Source: a virus. Taken from it: a stretch of DNA of 64,000 nucleotides. Location of the stretch: positions 1 to 64,000 of IMG/VR virus record IMGVR_UViG_3300008266_000018; one strand, written 5' to 3'. Of the stretch, positions 30,689 through 41,143 are shown in pieces. The translations under genes and the position numbers were made by a program. The first letter of the stretch is position 1; each line of letters begins with the position of its first letter. The notes beneath the pieces are model-generated. The model was given only the letters and a program-made list of their open reading frames with translations. It did no database searches and was not told where the DNA came from.

Positions 30689-31828
30689 GTCTCTGACGAT
30701 TAAAACGTTAGAAAAACTTTCAGAAAGATTAAACGAAGAAACTCTATTGAACTTATTTGGATCGTAAAAATTATTATTTATAATATCATCCTTTGAAATA
30801 TAAAGTTGATTTTTATAAAGAATAACTTCATCGCATTTAAAGAATAAATCTTTGTCGTTTAAATTAAAATTAACGATTGGAGTAGTCGTCTTTTGAAAAT
30901 TAATAGGCTCTACATCCAAATATTGCATCTTTCAATCATCGCAAACTTCTTCATCTAAAAACGAGAATAACAATAATTCAACTTTAGCTTTCTTGACATA
31001 CTTAATAAATGTCGCGAAGTTTTCTCTATTTTTAATTTCTAAATCAATGCCAGCTATCTTGTCAGCATATTTTTGAATTATAGATTCTGGAATTTCTTTA
31101 TTTGTCCTAATTCTGCATTTTTTATTTTTTAAATGCTTTTCTAGAAACTCTAAATCAAAATGATAATCAAGTCTTATAATCGGTTCTGGTATTTGACTTA
31201 AATCATAAACGTAATCTTTAATTGGATATACGTTAATCTCAAAGAAATTCTCTTTATAATATTCGCCGCGATATAAAGTATCGTAAGGTTTATGAAATTC
31301 TAATCCAAGAAGATTTAATATTTTTGCCGCAATATCTTCGGGCTTAATTTCATTCAATAAACCCTTTGAAGTTTTAGAATCAAATAATGGAAGATTGTTA
31401 TTCTTAGAGTAATTGTTAATTACAATTTGTTTATCTTTATTTGATAAGAATGGGCAGATTATCTTTTCATAAGCTATAGAATTAAGAATTAAGCTTTTTG
31501 TATTAACAGAAGAGCATAAATCAAAAAGTATAGAGTATTCTCCAAAATGAAGAAGGGAATTTCTAAGTATATAACTTGCAGATCCATAGTCCTTAACCTT
31601 AGAAACAGATAGAATTTTTGGATAATTTGTGCCGCCGATTTGAACGATATCGATTGCATAGCTTTTTAAAACAGGTTGAATTAAATTTAATACCTCTTGA
31701 TATTGATCGTAATGTATCTTGTGAAAAGATATATATTGATTTGATCCGACAGGAGTAAATCTTTCGTATAATCTTTGATTAGTTAATTTAGCTCCAGATG
31801 CTAAAGCGAAACTTTCGGCTATGTGCAT
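30671..31828 (-). pseudogene. Glycosyltransferase-like (degenerate GT9-type) gene interrupted by an in-frame TGA at 30932-30934
   Basis: ORFs 30932-31828 and 30671-30928 are in the same frame, separated by TGA-AAG (EVCDD*KMQYLD). The DIVQIGG...YILRNSLLHFG segment resembles GT9 C-domains. Confidence 0.5.
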
Positions 31829-33732
31829 AATAGATCAAAGTTTATTATATCTTCAGAATTTCTAATATACGAATAATTAGGAAATATATCTGATAATTGA
31901 ATTACTACGTCGCAATATTTTATTTCATCTCCTTTCCCTTCTAAAAAGAAAGGAGTGGACATTTTGTCTATATAATCAATTACATAATCAAGATTTTCAT
32001 TACCTTCAAAAATGTGGAAAAGATCATTTTTTGTCGCTACGATGATTTTAAAATCTTTATAGATTTCTTTTAGATTCTTTAATAAGCAGTTAGCATAAAA
32101 AGCTTCTCGCTCGCCGCTCTTTACTATTAACAATGCTTTCTTTTCTTTTATTGATTTTAAAAGTTCTAAAGTTTTATTTGGAGATTTTTTTTGCTCTTCT
32201 TTTAAAGCTACTTTTCTAAAGAAGTTTTCAACTGATTGTCTATTCTCTCCTTTGTTTAATCTATCTACCCAATGAAACAATCCTTCATCATCATCATTAA
32301 CTTGGCAATTTAAAATATTTGAATATAGAGTTTTTATCCAAGTGGCATTATCTTCTATTTTAGGAATTGCTGCGTATGGATACTTAGGAGAAACTATCTC
32401 TTTGTAATCAAATTTTTTATTGCATTCCTCATCTATGAATTTCTCTATTTTCTTACATGTAGATTCAATAGAGTAATTTTTATAAGCCCATTCTCTAGAA
32501 ATAATGCCGCGATCTTTTCTTTCTTCTTTACTCATTAAGTAGACTTTTCTAAGTTCATCCGCAATACTTGCAGCAGAAGTCGCCGCCTTAATAAATTGTG
32601 TTCCCGGCTCTCTATACTCTTCCCATTTTAAAGGAAATGATCCTGAATCTTTAGCGCAATTATCTTCTCCGCAGCTATAATTAGTAACAAGAGTAATTAA
32701 CTCTGCAAATTTAGCTTCTTGAATTGGCATTTCTTGTCCACCACTAGTGAATGGATGGCAATAAACATCCATTAGATTGTAGACATCGTTCAATTCTTCT
32801 TCATCAATGCCATTGCTTGGAGAAGTAGTTACGAAAGTATCTTTTTCGCATTTGGCGCATTTCTTTTGCTTTGAAGTGGGATGTTCTACTCTAAAGTAGC
32901 CACATGATTTACAAACAAAAGTAGTTAATACGTCTTCATCTTGTAATGAAAACTCTTTCATGAACTTCTTTATGTCCCAACTTTCATCCCAACTCGTATG
33001 AAGTAGAACTTTGGCATTAGCTTCGGGATGATATTGTTTAAATAAATAGAGTCCTTTAAGAAGAGCGAAGACAGATTTCCTTAATTGATTTCTAAATACA
33101 AATCCTACAATAAAATCATTCTGATTAATACCATGCTTTTCTCTTAAAGAAAGTTTTTCTTCGTCTGATTTTCTGTAAAATTTACTGTCATCAATCGCGC
33201 CATGATATGTTTTGACATGGGTATGGCCCATCTTATGAAGTTCTCTTTCAGCGAACTCACTCCATACCCAGAAGTTTTTAGTCTTTTTAGCCGCTTTAAC
33301 TGCACTTTCGAGAATGGGAGTTGAATCTAAAGTGGTCCACAGTATAGAGTCTATTTTAGAAAACCAATGCCGATCAATGGCAAAGTCTATACCCCAAATA
33401 TCTTGAACAGCAAAATATACATCAGGCTTTTCTTTTTCTATTACTGAGTCTAATAAAGCTTCTCCATAGCCAAAAAGCTTCTTTCTATTCTCAGCTTCTT
33501 GAGGCTCAAGGTTTTCTAAAAGTTTTGGTATATTAGCTTCTAATGGAAAAGTTCCATATCCTTTCCAAGGAAGACGTTTAAGAACAGCGTCGTCTTCTTT
33601 TTGTGAAACGCAATATTGCGCCAAATCATACTTACCAGTTTTATATAAGTAAGAAAGAACGGCCTTAGCATTTCTGCCAAAGCCGGTCTTAGAAGTGGCG
33701 CAGTCGCTTTGAAAGAGTATCTTCTTTTTCAA
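31819..33732 (-). CDS. Multidomain GT-B (GT4-like) glycosyltransferase with Zn-ribbon and DUF4214-like domains
   Basis: TGFGR, RNQLRK and YNLMDVYCHPFTSGGQEMPIQEA motifs; CKSC...CAKC; WIKTLYSNIL...EGLFHWVDRLNKGENRQSVENFF. Confidence 0.8.
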   Translation of the reverse strand: MKKKILFQSDCATSKTGFGRNAKAVLSYLYKTGKYDLAQYCVSQKEDDAVLKRLPWKGYGTFPLEANIPKLLENLEPQEAENRKKLFGYGEALLDSVIEKEKPDVYFAVQDIWGIDFAIDRHWFSKIDSILWTTLDSTPILESAVKAAKKTKNFWVWSEFAERELHKMGHTHVKTYHGAIDDSKFYRKSDEEKLSLREKHGINQNDFIVGFVFRNQLRKSVFALLKGLYLFKQYHPEANAKVLLHTSWDESWDIKKFMKEFSLQDEDVLTTFVCKSCGYFRVEHPTSKQKKCAKCEKDTFVTTSPSNGIDEEELNDVYNLMDVYCHPFTSGGQEMPIQEAKFAELITLVTNYSCGEDNCAKDSGSFPLKWEEYREPGTQFIKAATSAASIADELRKVYLMSKEERKDRGIISREWAYKNYSIESTCKKIEKFIDEECNKKFDYKEIVSPKYPYAAIPKIEDNATWIKTLYSNILNCQVNDDDEGLFHWVDRLNKGENRQSVENFFRKVALKEEQKKSPNKTLELLKSIKEKKALLIVKSGEREAFYANCLLKNLKEIYKDFKIIVATKNDLFHIFEGNENLDYVIDYIDKMSTPFFLEGKGDEIKYCDVVIQLSDIFPNYSYIRNSEDIINFDLLCT

Positions 33733-34292
33733 AAGTCGATATCGTCTCCGCTTGATTGTTGAGGAGGCTTAGGAGTTGGAGCGGGAGTTTCTGTTGCGGC
33801 TTCTTCTCCTGAAGATTCAGATTCTGCATTCTGCTTAATTGGGTTAGCGAATGAATCATGAATAATATAAATCATATACTCTCTTAGTAGGCGAGCCTCC
33901 TTGAAAGTAAGACCGATGATAAAAGAAAGCTTTTCTTGAGAGTCCTTTCCAGTCTTATTTACTGAAAGCGAAAATCCCTTTCTTTCATTTGTATTCTTAT
34001 CTACATAAGGAGCAAATCGAATCTGAATAGATTGATTTTGACTATTGTGATATTCCTTGAACTCTACATCCTTATCAACTGCTTCAAGAATACCTGCGGC
34101 TTCAGCTAAAGATAGCTTTACCTTTACGTTTCCTTTTGGATCTGTCTTGTTCTTCTGAAATGAACCAGTCTTTCTGGATTCATCCCAAGAAGCTTGCTTG
34201 ATGATGCTGAACATGATGGCTCCGTCACGGGTCTTGTAGAATGAACATGCGGAACCAGAATTGCGGGGATTTGGCTTGTAGAATTGAACCAT
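33729..34292 (-). CDS. Putative ssDNA-binding protein, Whirly/PC4-like fold, with acidic tail
   Basis: FYK...KLSLAEAAGIL...YH...GFSLSV...IGLTFKEARLL, then a Pro-rich linker and a DDIDF terminus. Confidence 0.55.
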   Translation of the reverse strand: MVQFYKPNPRNSGSACSFYKTRDGAIMFSIIKQASWDESRKTGSFQKNKTDPKGNVKVKLSLAEAAGILEAVDKDVEFKEYHNSQNQSIQIRFAPYVDKNTNERKGFSLSVNKTGKDSQEKLSFIIGLTFKEARLLREYMIYIIHDSFANPIKQNAESESSGEEAATETPAPTPKPPQQSSGDDIDF

Positions 34293-34340
34293 ATTTCAAT
34301 TTATTATACTGTTTCTTCGAAGAAATTCGATACTTTTTCT

Positions 34341-35006
34341 TCAATCAACTGTATCTAATTCTTTGACATTATAATTAGGTTCTATCCTAGATCCATCTTT
34401 TCTTAAACTATAAAATACAGCTTTTGTTCTTTGTACCATTATTTTTTTGTCTATTATAGACCAAGCTAAAAATGTTTCTGGATGAAACATGCCTTTTATA
34501 TCTATGTATTGGTCTAACCTTTGAAATCTTGTAAAATATATTTTCATGTTTTCATAATTGCCAAAAGCAAATCTATCATTCAATCCATGATAATTAGAAA
34601 ATTTAGGTATAAAAATATGATTAAGATTTTGTTCCGTTATTGTTTCTGGATTTTCAGGAAGAGTGGAAAATAAAGTATCTGGCCTCCATCTGATAACTAC
34701 ATCATGTTTGTCGCCATATTTTTCATAAACATTCCAAACTTTTTCGAGACCCCAAAGCTGCTTTAATACTCTTTGAACCCCATGACATCCTCTAGATATA
34801 TTCCAAGAATATTCCAATCTTTCAGGCATTTCATGTTGAGGTTCAGCAATTAAGACTTTGGGCTTTAGCAAGAACGCTTTTTCAGTATCTTCGTCTAATA
34901 CAGAGTGAACGTAAAAATCAGCATTTGGATAAATTGATTTAACTTGATCGTAAGTCTTATCAAGAGTTCTCATCTGGCCGCATACTAAAACTGCAACTTT
35001 TCTCAT
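34341..35006 (-). CDS. Putative glycosyltransferase-like protein
   Basis: KVAVLVCGQMR...DVVIRWRPD...NDRFAFG...HPE pattern; lies in the sugar-gene cluster. Confidence 0.6.
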   Translation of the reverse strand: MRKVAVLVCGQMRTLDKTYDQVKSIYPNADFYVHSVLDEDTEKAFLLKPKVLIAEPQHEMPERLEYSWNISRGCHGVQRVLKQLWGLEKVWNVYEKYGDKHDVVIRWRPDTLFSTLPENPETITEQNLNHIFIPKFSNYHGLNDRFAFGNYENMKIYFTRFQRLDQYIDIKGMFHPETFLAWSIIDKKIMVQRTKAVFYSLRKDGSRIEPNYNVKELDTVD

Positions 35007-36022
35007 TTACAAAGTTCCTTATAAATATCAGTCAAAGATTTTTTATTATTCCAGTTATAAGCTTTTTTAAACTTATTCATATCTGAAATATACCATCTGT
35101 GATCGCCGGTTCTAGAGGTTGGATTATAATTCAATTTAGCTTTTTTGTCTAATAGATTTTCTAATGCTGAAACTGCTTCTATTATAGAGCAAGATAATTG
35201 TCTGCCGCCAGTATTATAAATTTCTCCAGATTTAGGATTATTTAAAAATGTAATACAAGCATCTACTAAATCGTCAGCGTGAATATTGCATCTTACTTGT
35301 TTTCCTTCGTATCCAATAACTGTATATTCAATATTATTTTTTATACATTTTGCAAGATATGATAAAAATCCATGAAGTGGAACTCCAGCATGATCAGATC
35401 CAGTTACACATCCAGGTCTAAAAATACCAATTTTTAATCCAAAGTGGCGACCATATTCTTGAGCGTATAAATCTCCAGCAACTTTGCTGCAACCAAAGAA
35501 GCTATGAAGACAATTATCTATTGAAAAATCTTCTTTTAATCCATTAAATAAATTGTGATCAGAAGGCAAATCTAATCTGTTTCCAAGATCTTCTAAAGGA
35601 AGTCTGTTTGGATTGTCTCCATATACTTTACTTGTTGAAATATGAGCAATAGGAGCGGTTTTATTAAATTTAAATACAGCATTAAAAATATTAATAGATC
35701 CAACCGCGTTTATTTCAAAATCTCTATGAATATTATTTGTCGCCCAATCATGAGATGGTTGTGCTGCGGTATGAATAACTCTATCAAATCCTTCATTGAA
35801 CACCTTATCTATACTATTTTTATCTGCAATATCTACGGCATAATGTTTATAATTAGCATAACTAGAAAGAGTATTTAATTTACTATTAGTAGATCCTTCT
35901 TTACCAAAGAATTCTTCTCTTGCATTGCAGTCAATTCCAACTACTTCATGGCCTTCTTCAAGAAGACGCTTGCATGAAGCTAGGCCAACTAAGCCCAAAG
36001 ATCCAGTAACTATATATTTCAT
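35003..36022 (-). CDS. NAD-dependent nucleotide-sugar epimerase (CDP-paratose 2-epimerase/RfbE-like)
   Basis: VTGSLGLVG Rossmann motif, HTAAQPSHDWA, STSKVYGD, FGCSK. Confidence 0.85.
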   Translation of the reverse strand: MKYIVTGSLGLVGLASCKRLLEEGHEVVGIDCNAREEFFGKEGSTNSKLNTLSSYANYKHYAVDIADKNSIDKVFNEGFDRVIHTAAQPSHDWATNNIHRDFEINAVGSINIFNAVFKFNKTAPIAHISTSKVYGDNPNRLPLEDLGNRLDLPSDHNLFNGLKEDFSIDNCLHSFFGCSKVAGDLYAQEYGRHFGLKIGIFRPGCVTGSDHAGVPLHGFLSYLAKCIKNNIEYTVIGYEGKQVRCNIHADDLVDACITFLNNPKSGEIYNTGGRQLSCSIIEAVSALENLLDKKAKLNYNPTSRTGDHRWYISDMNKFKKAYNWNNKKSLTDIYKELCK

Positions 36023-36023
36023 A

Positions 36024-37361
36024 TTAATTATCTTTCAAGTGTTTAGCTAGATTTCTGGCTTTTAATCCTCCATCATGCTCAGGCTTGTATTCTTCATTTA
36101 TTTCTGCTCCTGAATACTTTTCTAGTTTTCCTTCTTTCTTTAAGTTAGAAAGCGGTGTTCCTTCGATTTCTGCTGTCCCACTTAATTGATGAGAATCAAA
36201 TGGCAAACTATTTATATAATTCAAAGTGTCTTGAACTTGCTCTTTTGTTTCTCCCGGCAATCCCATAGTAAATGTTCCATGAACAGTCATTCCTATTTCT
36301 TTTAGGTATTTAACAACTTCTGCCGCTTCTTTTAAATCTAGATGTTTATTAACTATATTATCTACAACGTATTGATTTCCACTTTCAAATCCGAGCTTAA
36401 CGCCAAAGCATCCAGATTCTTTCATTACGCGCCAAGTATCTTTTTGAATGGTATCAGCGCGACACATAGCCGACCAAGGAAGACCAACTTCCTTCATCAA
36501 CTCGCACATTTCAAGAGTATGTTTATTTCCTAGATTAAATGTATCGTCATCAAAATAAATAGACTTATAATCATATCTACTCAATAGATTTTCGATATAT
36601 CTGCCCATGTATTCTTTTGTATAATGGCGTACAGTTCTCTTAGATTTACCAAGAGGATCATTTCCTGTCATTACAGCAGGCCATACACAGAAGATGCACT
36701 TATATGGACATCCTCTGCTACTCCAAATATGTGCGTGAGGAAATACTTGCCCTCTTGGATTGCAATCATTATAACGCCACCATGTTTCATCGTTTAAATC
36801 AGGAAATGGAGCAGAGTTCATTTCCTCTAATGTCAAAAGATCATGCTGAATAATTCCTCTTTGACCATTTAAAACTTTGACGACATTTTTTTCGTATTCA
36901 CCTTTAATTAATGCGATTATACTTTCGTTCTTTAGAATCTCTTGCTCTTGATCTGCACTTGAAATCGTTCCAGTAAGAATTATTTTAAGATTTTTAAAAT
37001 TCTTATTGATATAAGCTATTACTTTCTTATCGTGATCCCAACTTGGAGTAGCTGTTTCAATAACTATATAGTCAGGCTTAAATTGATTTAAATAATTAAA
37101 ATAGCTTTGATAAGATTCAGAAAGAGCGATTGAATCTCTCAAAACTACTTCGTATCCAGTTTTCTCTCTGCACCATGAAGCGGCATATCCCATAAAGAAT
37201 GGATATGGAAGATATTCTCCAAATTGATATCTATCTGGGATGCATAAATATCTTTTACCTGTATGAGGCCAGCGGCTTCCAGCGCGGACTCCACGAACGA
37301 AATCATTAGAATTATCTGGATCGACATCCCACCAAGGAGGATTAGAAAATAAAACCTTCAT
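36024..37361 (-). CDS. B12-binding radical SAM protein (HpnJ-like)
   Basis: SRGCPYKCIFCVWP (CxxxCxxC), FDDDTFN, GFESG, GLPGET, and an N-terminal B12-binding-like domain. Confidence 0.85.
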   Translation of the reverse strand: MKVLFSNPPWWDVDPDNSNDFVRGVRAGSRWPHTGKRYLCIPDRYQFGEYLPYPFFMGYAASWCREKTGYEVVLRDSIALSESYQSYFNYLNQFKPDYIVIETATPSWDHDKKVIAYINKNFKNLKIILTGTISSADQEQEILKNESIIALIKGEYEKNVVKVLNGQRGIIQHDLLTLEEMNSAPFPDLNDETWWRYNDCNPRGQVFPHAHIWSSRGCPYKCIFCVWPAVMTGNDPLGKSKRTVRHYTKEYMGRYIENLLSRYDYKSIYFDDDTFNLGNKHTLEMCELMKEVGLPWSAMCRADTIQKDTWRVMKESGCFGVKLGFESGNQYVVDNIVNKHLDLKEAAEVVKYLKEIGMTVHGTFTMGLPGETKEQVQDTLNYINSLPFDSHQLSGTAEIEGTPLSNLKKEGKLEKYSGAEINEEYKPEHDGGLKARNLAKHLKDN

Positions 37362-37387
37362 ATTGAATTATATTTGAATAAATAAAA

Positions 37388-37990
37388 TTATAAAATTTTA
37401 GATAAAAGAACTTGATTGTCTTGAAAATTAATAATTTTCCATCCTTTACTCATCATATAAGGAATAGATAAAGCTCCTTTGCCAGAAAAATTAGCATCAA
37501 GGATATCATCAAGAAGAACTATCGAGTTTTCTTCTAGATTTTTTTCGCAAGCCTGAAACTCTTTTAATTGATGTTCCGCCGCCGCTCTCTTATTATTTTC
37601 ATCTCCGCAATAATCAAAGCTATCTAAGAAAAGCAAATTTATCTTCATAAATGAAGGAAAGTTTTGTAAATAAGCTACTGAGTCGCTGAAGACGTAATTA
37701 ACATAAGGAGATAATCCTATTACATTTTTAGCAATATTTAAATGATATTGGTTTATATCTATAGAATAAATTATACTATTTGTTTTAGTGGCCCAGTGAA
37801 TCCAAGATAGCGTTCCCCATCCGTCTCCTTTTTTGTATATTTCACTTGGATTTCTAATACATCCAGTTTCAACAATTGTTATTGGATTAAATCCAAAACG
37901 TTTATATAGTTCTTCAAATACAAAAATTTGAGAATTATTTCGTCCAGTTTGATTTTTATTTTCTATTAGATTTTGAAGTTCTGTATTCAT
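37388..37990 (-). CDS. Class I SAM-dependent methyltransferase
   Basis: IVETG, YSIDIN, DSV, LLFLDS and VLLDD motifs. Confidence 0.75.
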   Translation of the reverse strand: MNTELQNLIENKNQTGRNNSQIFVFEELYKRFGFNPITIVETGCIRNPSEIYKKGDGWGTLSWIHWATKTNSIIYSIDINQYHLNIAKNVIGLSPYVNYVFSDSVAYLQNFPSFMKINLLFLDSFDYCGDENNKRAAAEHQLKEFQACEKNLEENSIVLLDDILDANFSGKGALSIPYMMSKGWKIINFQDNQVLLSKIL

Positions 37991-38613
37991 TTAGTGTTTT
38001 TTGATTTGTATAAAGCAAAATAATGAGTTTCGTCATTTAATATATTTATTTTGTCGTTAGAAAAAGAAATCGGCTCCCAACAATTAGTCGCCATTATTAA
38101 ATGATACATATTTACTCCTCCTGTATTATTTTTAAAATTTCTAAAAAAATCATTATAGCTTCTTGTACGCGAAAAGTAATATTTTGTTCTATAAGATAAA
38201 TAAGTTAAATAAAATATAACTTCATCAGGAGGCATATGTTGAAAAACTGTTGTCTCATATAATAATGAATAATTATTGTCGAATTCAGAAACGTCATGAA
38301 TTAATTTATCGTCTTTTGAAGCGGTCTTTTTATATCTTTCAATCATTTCGGGAAGGTCAAAACCGTGAACTTCATTGAAAATTGATTTTAAATATTGTTG
38401 ATTTCTTCCTAGACCAACTCCGAAATCTACAACTTTATTTAATTCTACATTTTCTTTTATGTAATTAAGATAAGGTTCTGGAATTCTTGTTGGCCTTGAA
38501 TAGCTTTTACTATTTTCATCCCAAGAACTATTTAAATCTCTAGCTAACATATCTTCTTGAGAAGAAGTTATGAAAGATTTCCAATAATCTTTTTGATATT
38601 TTAAATTATTCAT
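37987..38613 (-). CDS. Class I SAM-dependent methyltransferase
   Basis: VVDFGVGLGRN, HGFD and VFQH motifs. Confidence 0.8.
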   Translation of the reverse strand: MNNLKYQKDYWKSFITSSQEDMLARDLNSSWDENSKSYSRPTRIPEPYLNYIKENVELNKVVDFGVGLGRNQQYLKSIFNEVHGFDLPEMIERYKKTASKDDKLIHDVSEFDNNYSLLYETTVFQHMPPDEVIFYLTYLSYRTKYYFSRTRSYNDFFRNFKNNTGGVNMYHLIMATNCWEPISFSNDKINILNDETHYFALYKSKNTK

Positions 38614-41143
38614 CTTTCTTTATTTCTGATAGTTTTGTATAAATTTTATTTGTTTGCACTGCTATTACGTCGGCAAACACGCATCCATCTTTCTTTTTGC
38701 CACGAATAACAACAATGTCGCCTTTCTTAGGAGTCTTTTTATTTATATCAAGAAAATCTTCAAGTTTCTTATTGAACATTTTCACGTTTATTATATTACT
38801 TTCATCAAAAATATCCATCGTCATGTATTTATTACCAGCTTTAGATGTGCGCGTTTCAGAATCGTCAGAAAGTCTTCCGATAAATCGCACTTCATAGTTT
38901 TCTGGCAGTCCGTTAATATCATCTATCAATTCCAAGATGACATCTGATTGATCCATGACGATATCCTTTAAATTAGAGCCATAAGTATAACCAAGTAGTT
39001 TATTCTCATAAAACCAATTAGCGAACTTCTCGGACTTCTTGTTCTTATCGTAAATCTCCGCATATCTTTGAGACTTATTTTTGATAGTTTCAATTCTTGA
39101 AGGTTTGATTAAAAGCTTTCCTTTTTCATCTACTTTCTCACAAATATACTTCATTGTTTTGACAAGATCATAATCAAATCCCGCGCCATAATTAATGCAA
39201 TATCTCTTTTCCTTCTCAGTAAGAGTATTCCAAAGTTGAGCTTCATAGACGACCTTGGTTCTAGTCTGCTTAAAGCCTTCCAATGCTCCAGCTTGAATTA
39301 AAGCGCACAATATGCCAAGATTCAATCCAGCTTCATTTGCAGTGTTAAAGATCTCAAACTTATTTTGAAATATGCCGATAAAGTTATTAAGCTTCTCAAT
39401 AGATTTATCTGAAATGCCTTTGATAGAAAGAAGACCAAATCGAATATTGTCTCCTTGAATACTAAAGTCTTTTTGAGATTTAAGTAGATGAGGGGGCAGT
39501 AATTCAATATTAAAATGCCGCATCTCTTTGTGAATTTTAGAAATCTCAGAAATCGGATCAGGTTCATGTCGAGTCATCTTCAACAACGACAAGAAGAACT
39601 GCTGCGGATATTTAAATTTAAGATATACTGTAATTGCAGCTAGAGCGGCATAACAAGCTGAATGCGATTTGTTGAAAGAGTAGTTCGCAGAGTCTTCAAG
39701 AACTTTCCATAGAATATCGCCAGCTTCTTGAGGAAGCTTATTTTCAACTATCTTATCTTGAATCTTCTGCTTCCACTTCTTAACCTCTTCGACTTTCTTT
39801 TTACCTACAATGCGGCGAAGAATTTCTGCTTCGTCCAAAGAGAAACCAATCTTTGTAGACATTTTCATCAACTGCTCTTGATATAGAGCAACGCCGCCAG
39901 TCACCTTTAGAACGTCATCAAAGAGAGAGTGAATGCTCTCGTATGTTTCTGTATTGGTATAAAGAGCGTACTTATCGACGAATTGAAGCGCACCGGGACG
40001 CGCAAGAGCCAGAACGCCGCTAAGTTCTTCCAGATTCTTAGGCTTTACCTTCTTTAATACTTTAAAGTTAGTATCAGCTTCAATTTGGAATAATCCATGA
40101 GGAGTTCTCAGGTCTTGAAGACTCTGATAAATACAAGAATCATTTACATCGATATCTAGCAGATTAATACCGATATTCTTGCATACGTCATCTACAACTG
40201 AAACGCCACGAAGACCTAGAATATCAAGTTTGATATTAAATAATGTAACCCAGTTCATGTCAAATGATGACACGATGCTTCCGTCAGAAGATCTTTCTGT
40301 TGGGCAAGATTCTAGGATATTATCATAACAAAGTAGAACTCCAGAAGGATGTGCGCCTTTATTTTTAATTAGATCTTTTAACTTCCTAGAAACAGAATAT
40401 ATTCTAGGATTTTCGTCGCACCAGTTCTTGAATTCCTCTACTTCGGCATAAGCTTCTTCGACATCTTTGACCTGACCAAAGACTTTAGGAATCAAACCTG
40501 AAACTACTGTCATTTCAGATTCAGGCTTCTCGTCGATAACCTTGCCGCATTCTTTAATTAGAAGTTTACTGCTAAGAGTGTTTAGAGTTAAGATTTTGGC
40601 GGTTTTGTTTTCGAACTTCTTTTCGAGGTACTCCAAAACTCTATGCCGCTGATAGTAACATATATCAAGATCAACGTCACACATAAGAGAACCGTCGAGA
40701 TAGGTGATACCATTGACAACATTTTTCTTTGCGCGAAATCTTGAAATAAAACGTTCAAAAAATAGTCCATATTTAAGAGGATCGATTTGAGTTACTCCAC
40801 ATGCGAATAGAATTAAACTTCCTGCGGCAGATCCACGACCTACGCCAGTGGGAATGCTATTATCTTTACAGAAGTTGATTACATCCCAAACCAGTAGTAG
40901 ATAATCCGTAAAGCTGAGTTCCTCTACGATTTCTAGCTCATAATTTAATCTATTTATATATTCTTGAGAGAATAGATTTTTTTCTTTTAGTCCGTATTCG
41001 CATAAAGACTTTAAGAATGAAAGATTGGAGCAATCAAGATCTGCGCCAATTTTGTTCTTAAACTTATCTTCAATTTTAAATGAAGGTAGTCTTACGCCAT
41101 GTAGCTCAAGCTTTAAATCAGAAAAATTATCGTAAAAATTCAT
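38606..41143 (-). CDS. dnaE: DNA polymerase III alpha (family C) catalytic portion, lacking the PHP domain
   Basis: GRGSAAGS, FERF, DVDLD, HPSG, KLDILGL, YQEQLM, YSFNKSH and a C-terminal OB fold. Confidence 0.93.
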   Translation of the reverse strand: MNFYDNFSDLKLELHGVRLPSFKIEDKFKNKIGADLDCSNLSFLKSLCEYGLKEKNLFSQEYINRLNYELEIVEELSFTDYLLLVWDVINFCKDNSIPTGVGRGSAAGSLILFACGVTQIDPLKYGLFFERFISRFRAKKNVVNGITYLDGSLMCDVDLDICYYQRHRVLEYLEKKFENKTAKILTLNTLSSKLLIKECGKVIDEKPESEMTVVSGLIPKVFGQVKDVEEAYAEVEEFKNWCDENPRIYSVSRKLKDLIKNKGAHPSGVLLCYDNILESCPTERSSDGSIVSSFDMNWVTLFNIKLDILGLRGVSVVDDVCKNIGINLLDIDVNDSCIYQSLQDLRTPHGLFQIEADTNFKVLKKVKPKNLEELSGVLALARPGALQFVDKYALYTNTETYESIHSLFDDVLKVTGGVALYQEQLMKMSTKIGFSLDEAEILRRIVGKKKVEEVKKWKQKIQDKIVENKLPQEAGDILWKVLEDSANYSFNKSHSACYAALAAITVYLKFKYPQQFFLSLLKMTRHEPDPISEISKIHKEMRHFNIELLPPHLLKSQKDFSIQGDNIRFGLLSIKGISDKSIEKLNNFIGIFQNKFEIFNTANEAGLNLGILCALIQAGALEGFKQTRTKVVYEAQLWNTLTEKEKRYCINYGAGFDYDLVKTMKYICEKVDEKGKLLIKPSRIETIKNKSQRYAEIYDKNKKSEKFANWFYENKLLGYTYGSNLKDIVMDQSDVILELIDDINGLPENYEVRFIGRLSDDSETRTSKAGNKYMTMDIFDESNIINVKMFNKKLEDFLDINKKTPKKGDIVVIRGKKKDGCVFADVIAVQTNKIYTKLSEIKKDE

